From a virus, in the IMG/VR virus record IMGVR_UViG_3300010398_000003, positions 1 through 60,156 of that record: DNA of 60,156 nt; one strand, given 5' to 3'. The position numbers and the translations under genes are program-made. Within the stretch, counting starts at the first letter, position 1; each line of letters opens with the position of its first letter. Positions 1 through 6,748 of this stretch are shown here, piece after piece. Under the pieces are notes generated by a model. That model did no database searches. It had not been told where the DNA came from and saw nothing but the letters and a program-made list of their open reading frames with translations.

Positions 1-123
1 GAGGAAAGATCATGGCGAGTATCCAGGAGCTGGAGAGCTTCCCTGTCCCGGTCGTCTCCGCCGCGTACACCGCGACCGGCGACACCACCAACGCCGGCCC
101 GGTCATCCCGTTCAAGGGCACTC
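1..123. repeat. terminal overlap copy 1, identical to 60034..60156
   Basis: Read directly: bases 1-123 recur exactly at 60034-60156. The window is therefore one 60,033-bp unit plus a 123-bp overlap, from circular assembly closure or terminal redundancy. Confidence 0.95.
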
Positions 124-422
124 TGGTCTCGGTCCAGTTCGTCCCGTCCGCCGCGATTACCGCGAACGCTTCGAACTTCTCCACCCTGACCGTGCAGAAC
201 AAGGGCACCAACGGTCTGTCCGGTACCACCGCGATGGCCAGCCGCGCCTGGTCGGCCACCAACTCGGTCCAGTCGGTCGCGGAGCTGTTCACCCTGTCGG
301 TTACGGCGGCCAACCTGGAGGTGCTGCCCGGCGACGTACTCCAGATCGTGCAGACGCACGGCGGTACCGGCCTGGCGATCCCGGCCGGCGCGTTCGTGTT
401 CAACATCCGGGCCCACCGGTAG
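12..422 (+). CDS. hypothetical virion protein (follows the capsid gene across the junction)
   Basis: 136-aa ORF. ATG 12 is preceded by GAGGAAAG. The composition is Thr/Ala/Val/Gly-rich and beta-type. It lies between capsid gene 58173..59981 and the head-tail genes. No motif recognised. Confidence 0.6.
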   Translation: MASIQELESFPVPVVSAAYTATGDTTNAGPVIPFKGTLVSVQFVPSAAITANASNFSTLTVQNKGTNGLSGTTAMASRAWSATNSVQSVAELFTLSVTAANLEVLPGDVLQIVQTHGGTGLAIPAGAFVFNIRAHR

Positions 423-428
423 GAGACG

Positions 429-1349
429 ATGGCCCAGCCGCCGCTCGTCCGTGACCCTCTTCCGCCGCTGCCCACGCCGGACGGTCTATTCCGCGTGCTC
501 CGGGAATACGGGGGCCTGAGCACGGAATGGGACCCGCACTACGCCAACGCGGGCGCACTGTGGGTGCCGGACACCTGCGTGGGCGCCGAGGTGTATGCGG
601 CGGCCTGCCTGACCCCGCCGTACTCCAGCTTCACGCTGGACGGGATCGACGGCATCGCCCAGGCGTGGCCGATCGCCGTCTACTCCTCGCTGATCACGGC
701 CGGGCTCGGCATCTCCAACGATGAAGCGCGGCGGCGCGTCGTCCAGCGGCTCTACAACTACGAGCAGAACGTGGTCGAGAAGGCCACCTGGGGCGGCACC
801 GCGACCCTGTTCACGAACCAGCAGAACTACGCCGGCACCGTGGCCCCAGCCGCTGGACAGGCAGGCGTGGCCGGCGGTGTCTTCCAGCAGCTGGTCGGCA
901 CCAGCGGGTACCAGGGCGAGCTGTCCGGCGGTACCGGCGTCGGCGTGGTGGAGGCCGTCAGCCTGCTGGAGCAGAGCGCTGCTGATCACTACTACGGGCA
1001 GGCGCTCATCCACGCCCGGCCACGCATGGCGGCCTACCTGGCGTACCGCAACCAGTTCAAGTTCGTGCCCGTGCCGCCCATCGAGCAGACGTGGAACGAG
1101 GACGCGCTGGTGCTCGGCAACGGGTACACGGGCGTCGGGCCGGCGAACGAGGCGGTAGACGCCACCTCCGAGTACATGTGGACGACCGGCCGGATGATGG
1201 TCTGGCAGAATCCGGACATCTGGGTGTCGCCGCCGGAACAGCTGCTCAACCGCACCAACAACCAGCGCGGCCTGTATGCCTTCCGGCAGTACATCATCGG
1301 CGTGGAGTGCTTCTCGGCGTCCGTCAAGGTCGTCCGGGCGAACGTGTAG
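429..1349 (+). CDS. structural protein, possible second HK97-like coat-fold protein
   Basis: 306-aa ORF with AGGAG at 421-425, starting 6 nt after the upstream stop. The segments LLEQSAADHYYGQALIHARPRMAAYL and NNQRGLYAFRQYIIGVECFSASVKVV resemble conserved coat-protein stretches by eye only. Confidence 0.5.
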   Translation: MAQPPLVRDPLPPLPTPDGLFRVLREYGGLSTEWDPHYANAGALWVPDTCVGAEVYAAACLTPPYSSFTLDGIDGIAQAWPIAVYSSLITAGLGISNDEARRRVVQRLYNYEQNVVEKATWGGTATLFTNQQNYAGTVAPAAGQAGVAGGVFQQLVGTSGYQGELSGGTGVGVVEAVSLLEQSAADHYYGQALIHARPRMAAYLAYRNQFKFVPVPPIEQTWNEDALVLGNGYTGVGPANEAVDATSEYMWTTGRMMVWQNPDIWVSPPEQLLNRTNNQRGLYAFRQYIIGVECFSASVKVVRANV

Positions 1350-1360
1350 GAGAGACGATC

Positions 1361-1678
1361 ATGGCACAGGTGCACTTCGACCCCGACCAGCCGCACGACG
1401 TGCAGGCACAGCGGCTGCTGCGGCTCGCCTTCGCCAACGGCTACGGGCCACACCACGTCGCGTGGGACCCGGCCACCGCGAGCTACGACGCGCCCGACGA
1501 GGTGGCCGACAGCTTCCATGCCGGGCACGACCCGCAGGTGTCGGACGAGGTCGAGCCGGACGACGCGGACGACGCGGGCGAGGACTCCGGCGAGCCCGAG
1601 CAGAAGCCCAAGGGTCGCGGCCGGCGCGCCCGCAACGCGGCCAGTGACGAGGGCGCCGGGGCGCCCGGCGAGGAGTAG
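1361..1678 (+). CDS. hypothetical protein with acidic centre and basic KGRGRRARN tail
   Basis: Internal ATG 1361 of ORF 1091..1678 was chosen. It has AGGAGAGA at 1349-1356 and starts 12 nt after the upstream stop. 105 aa. Confidence 0.55.
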   Translation: MAQVHFDPDQPHDVQAQRLLRLAFANGYGPHHVAWDPATASYDAPDEVADSFHAGHDPQVSDEVEPDDADDAGEDSGEPEQKPKGRGRRARNAASDEGAGAPGEE

Positions 1679-1681
1679 CAG

Positions 1682-2362
1682 GTGGCCACCTACTGCCAGC
1701 GGCCGTTCAAGTGCGTCGCGATCCGGGGCACCAAACTTGACCTGTGCGGCAACGTCGTGCATGGGCTCACCTCCACCGTGGTCTCGCAGGCCCTGACGAA
1801 GGTGACCCTGTCGCCGGTATACGACTCGGCCACCGACTACAACGTGCGCGACGCCAACGACGCACTCGCCGTCAACGAGCAGGGCCAGCCGCCGTTGCGA
1901 TGGTGGGAGGCCACTATCGACTTCATCGCAGTGGACCCCTACTGGATCAACATCGCGCTGGGCTGGCCCCTCGTCCTGGACGACGCGGCCACGCCGAACG
2001 TCGTCGGGTGGCGGTCCGAGGAGGGCGACAGCGCGGCGTTCGCCCTGGAGGGCTGGCAGAATCTGGCCGGCGAGGCGTGCGTGGGCACCACGCGTCCGTA
2101 CGGGTATCGGCTGCTGCCGTTCTTGATCAACTCGCAGGTGTCCGGGGACGTGGTACTGGAGAACGGCGTGGCGTCGTTTTCGATCAAGGCCCACACGCAC
2201 AACAACTCGCCGTGGGGCCAGGGCCCGTACAACATCCGGCTCAATAACTCCAGCGTGGCGTCCCCGCTGCTGACCTCGATCCAGCCGCTCCAGCACTTCC
2301 ACTGGGAGCGGGTACTCGTCGCACCGCCGGCTCCTGTCTGCGGTGCCCAGAACCTGCCCTAA
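1682..2362 (+). CDS. virion structural protein, possible major tail/tube protein
   Basis: 226-aa ORF. GTG 1682 is preceded by GGCGAGGAG. The protein looks beta-rich (KCVAIRGTKLDLCGNVV...FIAVDPYW...FALEGWQNLAGEAC). The tail-tube assignment is a weak pattern-based guess. No other obvious tube candidate lies upstream of the chaperones. Confidence 0.45.
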   Translation: MATYCQRPFKCVAIRGTKLDLCGNVVHGLTSTVVSQALTKVTLSPVYDSATDYNVRDANDALAVNEQGQPPLRWWEATIDFIAVDPYWINIALGWPLVLDDAATPNVVGWRSEEGDSAAFALEGWQNLAGEACVGTTRPYGYRLLPFLINSQVSGDVVLENGVASFSIKAHTHNNSPWGQGPYNIRLNNSSVASPLLTSIQPLQHFHWERVLVAPPAPVCGAQNLP

Positions 2363-2376
2363 CGGAGGGATGAGAG

Positions 2377-2892
2377 ATGGCCCAGACCCTCGACAATCAG
2401 CTGTTCCAGCTGAACGTGCAGGGCACTGTCAACAACCTGCTGGACTGGCAGCTGGCCAGCGCGCCCATGACCTACCCGTACAGCTACCAGCTCGTCTCGG
2501 GTACCGGCGCCAACCAGGCCGACCGCCTGTTCGCCGACACGCGGACCATCGCGGCGTCCGGTACCGACCCGCTGGACGTGTCCGGCGTGCTGGTCGACGC
2601 GATCGGCACCACGCTCCTGTTCGCTCGGATCAAGGGCATGATCGTGCGGGCCGCGCCGGGCAACACCAACAACGTGCTGGTTGGCGGCGCAGGCTCCAAC
2701 CAGTTCGCCACCTGGCTGTCCGCCGCCACCACCAATATCATCGTGCGGCCGGGCGGCATCTTCACCCTCTTCGCGCCCGACGCTACGGCGTACGCGGTGA
2801 CCGCCGGTACCGGCGATATCCTCCAGATCGCCAACTCGGGCGCCGGCACGTCGGTGAACTACGACGTGATCCTGATCGGGTCGAGCGCCTGA
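2377..2892 (+). CDS. hypothetical virion protein
   Basis: 171-aa ORF. ATG 2377 is preceded by GGAGGGA. Gly/Thr/Ala-rich beta-type sequence (FTLFAPDATAYAVTAGTGDILQIANSGAGTSVNYDVILIG). Confidence 0.6.
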   Translation: MAQTLDNQLFQLNVQGTVNNLLDWQLASAPMTYPYSYQLVSGTGANQADRLFADTRTIAASGTDPLDVSGVLVDAIGTTLLFARIKGMIVRAAPGNTNNVLVGGAGSNQFATWLSAATTNIIVRPGGIFTLFAPDATAYAVTAGTGDILQIANSGAGTSVNYDVILIGSSA

Positions 2893-2922
2893 CCTTCTAC
2901 GCTGGGAGCAGGAGGTAGCCAC

Positions 2923-3756
2923 GTGGATGTCCCCTGCTCCTACAGCGACGGCATGGCGCCGGGCTGGAGTCCGAACGTCAATGACCTGTGTTCGGACTGG
3001 ACCACCAACACAGCGATCACCGCGCCCATCCAGGCGTACGCGTCGAACTTCGCCGCGACGATCATGTTCAACGCGACCGGGCGGCAGTTCGGGCTGTGCC
3101 AGACCACCATCCGGCCCTGTTTCAACCAGACGCTGCCTACCTACCTGACGTACCCGAGCCTCTGGAATGCCGGCCAGTACGGCGGCCAGTACGCCTGGGG
3201 GCTCGTGGCGTTCGTCAACGGGGTAGACATTCTCTGGGGCGGCGGGTGCGGCTGCGCCACGGGCTCCTCCTGCGGCTGCATGCCCCCGCAGATCGAGCTG
3301 CCCATGCCGGTGTACCGGGTGCAGTCGGTCACCATCAACGGGGCCACCCTGGACCCGTCGGCGTACCGGGCCGACGGTAACCTCCTGGTCCGCCAGGACG
3401 GCAAGGCGTGGCCGGTCGTCCAGAACCTGGCCCACGTCCTCGGCGACGTAGATACCTGGTCGGTGACGTACCTGAAGGGCACGCCGGTCCCGCAGTATCT
3501 GAACGACGCGGCCGGCATCCTGGCGTGCGAGCTGGCGAAGGCCCGCGTTGGCGCGGACTGCCGGCTGCCGCGCCGGGTGCAGTCGGTGACCCGTAACGGC
3601 ACCACCGTCCAGATGATCAACCTTCAGGATCTGCTGGACAAGGGCCTGACGGGCATCCTAGAGGTGGACCAGGCGATCCTCTCGGCCAACCCGGGCGGTC
3701 TCCGGCAGCGGCCCCGTGTCGTGTCGCCGGATCTTCCCCAGTGGCGTCCCGTGTAG
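2923..3756 (+). CDS. head-to-tail adaptor (gp6-like)
   Basis: GTG 2923 follows GGAGCAGGAGG. The Cys cluster GGGCGCATGSSCGC is followed by PVYRVQSVTINGATLDPSAYRADGNLLVRQDGKAWP and by a C-terminal CRLPRRVQSVTRNG. This is the pattern typical of actinophage head-tail adaptors. Confidence 0.65.
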   Translation: MDVPCSYSDGMAPGWSPNVNDLCSDWTTNTAITAPIQAYASNFAATIMFNATGRQFGLCQTTIRPCFNQTLPTYLTYPSLWNAGQYGGQYAWGLVAFVNGVDILWGGGCGCATGSSCGCMPPQIELPMPVYRVQSVTINGATLDPSAYRADGNLLVRQDGKAWPVVQNLAHVLGDVDTWSVTYLKGTPVPQYLNDAAGILACELAKARVGADCRLPRRVQSVTRNGTTVQMINLQDLLDKGLTGILEVDQAILSANPGGLRQRPRVVSPDLPQWRPV

Positions 3757-4310
3757 GGTGTGCCTCTATGGTCTACGTCGATCCGCTCGTCATGCCCGTC
3801 GTCCAGGACACCCTGGCGGTGCTCGGCGACCAGCTGGAGCTGACCGCGCGCGGTCAGCCGAAGCACCTGCGGGTCGTTCCTGGGGTGGAGGTGGTCATCG
3901 CGCTGGTGGGTTCGGAGTCCGGCATCATCACAGCGGACGAGTGCTGCGAGGGCGTCGCGGCCGTCCGGGTGTCCCGGGTCTTCCCCACCGATGTCTTCCC
4001 CAACGAGGACCAGCGCGCGGCCAGCGAAGGCGGCCCGATCACCTGGGCCGTCGAGATGGAGTTGACCGTGATCCGGTGCGGCAGCCAGCCGGGCCAGAAC
4101 CTGGCACCCACCGACGAACAGCTGACGGCGGACGCGGCCTGGAACCTGGATGACGCAGCGGCCATGCGTTGCGTGGGGCGCCGGCTGAAGCAGATGGGTC
4201 GGATCTACGACTACCGGACCGGGCCGTGGGAGCCGGGCCAGGCCGACGGCGGGTGCCTCGGCGGGACCCTGACGCTCGCCGTCCAGGTCGACTGCGCCGA
4301 GTGCGGATAG
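3741..4310 (+). CDS. head-tail connector region protein, function unknown
   Basis: 189-aa ORF from GTG 3741, overlapping the upstream gene by 16 nt. An alternative in-frame ATG at 3768 lies 12 nt after the upstream stop. Assigned by position in the neck module. Confidence 0.5.
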   Translation: MASRVGCASMVYVDPLVMPVVQDTLAVLGDQLELTARGQPKHLRVVPGVEVVIALVGSESGIITADECCEGVAAVRVSRVFPTDVFPNEDQRAASEGGPITWAVEMELTVIRCGSQPGQNLAPTDEQLTADAAWNLDDAAAMRCVGRRLKQMGRIYDYRTGPWEPGQADGGCLGGTLTLAVQVDCAECG

Positions 4311-4318
4311 GAGATGCC

Positions 4319-4612
4319 ATGCCACCTCGGACCCGAGCAAAGAAGGCACAACCGTCCACTGTGGACGACGATCAAGAGTCTCCCGGGCAGTCCAATGTGG
4401 ACAGTGCAGCCGCGCCGGGGACGTTGCCGCTAAAGGACTTTGGCTCGATCGAGACTCCGGACCCGGAGATCGTTGCGCCGGAGGATCCGTGCTTGTATCG
4501 CGCCACCCACGCCTTCGATGACTGGCGGGAGGACGAGGTGCGCGAGCTGCTGCCCAGTGCTCCCCGGGTGGCCGGGCTCGTAGCCGGTGGCTTCCTCGTC
4601 CAGGTGGACTGA
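4319..4612 (+). CDS. hypothetical protein
   Basis: In-frame ATG 4319 of ORF 4169..4612 with AGGAG at 4308-4312. 97 aa. The stop overlaps the next start (TGATG). Confidence 0.55.
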   Translation: MPPRTRAKKAQPSTVDDDQESPGQSNVDSAAAPGTLPLKDFGSIETPDPEIVAPEDPCLYRATHAFDDWREDEVRELLPSAPRVAGLVAGGFLVQVD

Positions 4613-5073
4613 TGGCCGGACTGCGCGTCACGAAGGTCCGCGTCGAGCTTGATTCGACCTGGGTGTACGCCGTCGGGGTGTCCATGGCGGCGCCCAGGGT
4701 CAATGAAACCACCCAGGCGGTCATGACCCGATCCATGGTGCTCACGCCGGTCCGCACCGGAAACCTGCGCTCCCGGCACCGCAAGGTGATGCGGGCGCGT
4801 AGGACCTCGGTCACCGGTACGGTGGAGAACCGGACCAAGTACGCGATTTACGTCCACGAGGGGACGAAGGCACACCTAATCGTGGCCCGGAAGAAGAAGG
4901 CCCTGCGGTGGACCGAGGACGGTCTGGTCTTCTTCCGGCGCGTCGTGCGGCACCCGGGCACCAAAGGCCGGCCGTTCATGCGGACCGCGCTGTTCGAGGA
5001 GGCGCCCCGGCGCGGGTTCCTGGTGACGGGTGGAGCGCGGGGAACGCTGATCCGGCAGGTCTTCGACGGGTGA
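4612..5073 (+). CDS. HK97 gp10-like neck / tail-completion protein
   Basis: 153 aa with TGNLRSRH, YAIYVHEGT and GTKGRPFMRTAL stretches, characteristic of the HK97 gp10 family. Confidence 0.7.
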   Translation: MAGLRVTKVRVELDSTWVYAVGVSMAAPRVNETTQAVMTRSMVLTPVRTGNLRSRHRKVMRARRTSVTGTVENRTKYAIYVHEGTKAHLIVARKKKALRWTEDGLVFFRRVVRHPGTKGRPFMRTALFEEAPRRGFLVTGGARGTLIRQVFDG

Positions 5074-5094
5074 TCCCGTAGTAGCATCCTCGAC

Positions 5095-5535
5095 ATGGCA
5101 GCCCCTACGCGCCGGCCGCTGAAGCAGGCCATCGCCCCCGTGAACGGGCGCGATCACGCGCCGTTTCCGCTCGGCACCTGGCGCAACCCGGAGACCGACG
5201 AGATCGAGCCGCGCATGGTCGAGATCTATGACCCGGACGAGACCGATATGTTCGTGATCACCCGCGTGCAGAAGCTCATCGAGCAAGCCGAGCGCACCCA
5301 GGACGGGCAGCTCACCATGACCGCGATGGGCCACTTCGGGGACCTGATCGACTCCATGTTCGTCGAGCCGGAGGACCGCCGGTACGCCCTGGACATGCTG
5401 ATCGCCCGGGAGGTCTCACCCACCGAGTACGCCGACGTGGTACTGGCCGCCGTCAAGCATTTCAAGGGCGAACCGGATGAGGCACCCCGCACCGGGCCGC
5501 CGGCCACCAAGCGCGCGGCGCGGAGCCGGCGGTGA
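5095..5535 (+). CDS. putative tail assembly chaperone (gpG-like)
   Basis: 146-aa acidic, helical protein (LIDSMFVEPEDRRYALDMLIAREVSPTEYADVVLAAV) with a basic tail. Both position and composition fit a chaperone rather than a tube protein. Confidence 0.45.
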   Translation: MAAPTRRPLKQAIAPVNGRDHAPFPLGTWRNPETDEIEPRMVEIYDPDETDMFVITRVQKLIEQAERTQDGQLTMTAMGHFGDLIDSMFVEPEDRRYALDMLIAREVSPTEYADVVLAAVKHFKGEPDEAPRTGPPATKRAARSRR

Positions 5536-5906
5536 AGACGATCGCCCTGGACTTCGACGGCGTGATCCACGCCTACTCCCGGGGCTGGCAGGACGGCTCG
5601 ATCTACGACGAGCCGTTGCCCGGCGCCCTGGACGGCATCCGCACCCTCCAGAAGTACTTCGCGGTCTACGTACATACCTCAAGGGATGCGCTGGAGGTGT
5701 GCCGCTGGCTGGAGGAGCGCGGCGTCCCGTCCACCGTCGACATCCCGCCGGACTGTGTGTACCAGTTCTGGGAGAGCCCGAAGATCGTCCTCGTGACGAA
5801 CCGGAAGCTGCCGGCGGTGCTCTACGTGGACGACCGGGGGCTGCGGTTCCAGGACTGGCCACAGACGATGTCGTACGTCCTCGCCTTCCTGCCCGACGAG
5901 GGCTAA
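5532..5906 (+). CDS. HAD-superfamily phosphatase / nucleotidase-like protein
   Basis: GTG 5532 overlaps the upstream stop (GTGA). HAD motif I is IALDFDGVIH and there is a late YVDDRG acidic motif. 124 aa. Confidence 0.7.
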   Translation: MKTIALDFDGVIHAYSRGWQDGSIYDEPLPGALDGIRTLQKYFAVYVHTSRDALEVCRWLEERGVPSTVDIPPDCVYQFWESPKIVLVTNRKLPAVLYVDDRGLRFQDWPQTMSYVLAFLPDEG

Positions 5907-5921
5907 AGGGACGGTGGCGAT

Positions 5922-6152
5922 GTGGGTAAGCCGGCGCGCCGGCCGCGTAGGGACATCCGCTGCCCGGACTGCGGCAAGGGCACGTACCCGTCGCTGAGTG
6001 CCTGCCTCTGGGCCGGCGCGGCGGTCACCTACCGGGACCCCGGGAGGACGCTCTATGCGTACCCGTGCCCGAAGGAGCGCGGCTGGCATATGACGAGCCA
6101 CTGGCAACCGCCCTGGGGTGCGGACATCCGGTTCGAGGAGCTGGCGGCGTGA
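5922..6152 (+). CDS. small zinc-ribbon-like protein
   Basis: 76 aa with a CPDCGK pair and a later YPCPKERGWH. GTG start. The stop overlaps the next start (GTGA). Confidence 0.5.
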   Translation: MGKPARRPRRDIRCPDCGKGTYPSLSACLWAGAAVTYRDPGRTLYAYPCPKERGWHMTSHWQPPWGADIRFEELAA

Positions 6153-6712
6153 CGTTCGATCCGATCGCCGCACTGCACCCCTGCGCCGTTGATATCCAGC
6201 TGGGGGGGTGGGAGTACACGATCCCGGCACTGTCGGCGGCGCGGTGGATTGAGGCGGTGCTGGACCCGGACGGTCTGGCGATTGTGCCCGGCCTGCTGGG
6301 CATCGAGGATCGGCGAGACGTTCTCGGGCAGTGGGTGACGGGCGCCTTCTCGCCGGAGGAGATCGCGGAGACGGCGCGGGCCGCGCTCGGCGCGGCGGCC
6401 GGGCGGCCGTGGTGGCAGGCAGCGAAGCTGATCTACTCGGCGTGCGACGAACGTGCGTGGCCGATCATCTCCGGGACGTTCGCGCGCGGTACCGACCTGG
6501 ACAAGATCGGCATCGGGGCGTTCTGCAACGCGGTGTGGGCCCTCGCCATGCGGAACGCCGACGAGCAGGAGCGGGCGCGCCTGGAGGCGGAGATGTCGAT
6601 CCCGCCGGCTGGCGTCGACCTGGACGAGCTACTCGACGAGGAGGCCGAAGCGGAGGCGTTCGCCGCCGACCTGGCCGAGTACACGGGGTCGCTGGGCGGC
6701 ACGGCGGGTTGA
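6149..6712 (+). CDS. tail assembly chaperone
   Basis: GTG 6149 within ORF 6065..6712. The stretches ALSAARWIEAVLDP, AAAGRPWWQAAKLIYS and DKIGIGAFCNAVWALAM plus an acidic C-terminus match the chaperone pattern found immediately upstream of actinophage tape measure genes. Confidence 0.65.
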   Translation: MTFDPIAALHPCAVDIQLGGWEYTIPALSAARWIEAVLDPDGLAIVPGLLGIEDRRDVLGQWVTGAFSPEEIAETARAALGAAAGRPWWQAAKLIYSACDERAWPIISGTFARGTDLDKIGIGAFCNAVWALAMRNADEQERARLEAEMSIPPAGVDLDELLDEEAEAEAFAADLAEYTGSLGGTAG

Positions 6713-6748
6713 TCGATACCGGCGTGGCCAGCCGGTACGCTCTGGCGC

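Noticed and set aside
3749-3771. Additional dyad-element copies at 3749-3771 and near 1345, 13594 and 39116-39127 (GTGTAG or CTGTAG strings)
   Set aside because: Only the left half-site matches, and it arises from Val/Leu-TAG gene ends. The right half-site at N9 spacing is absent.
5481-5535. A -1 frameshift fusing the first chaperone to the HAD phosphatase
   Set aside because: The -1 frame is open from 5481, but no XXXYYYZ slippery heptamer or downstream structure is visible in the overlap.
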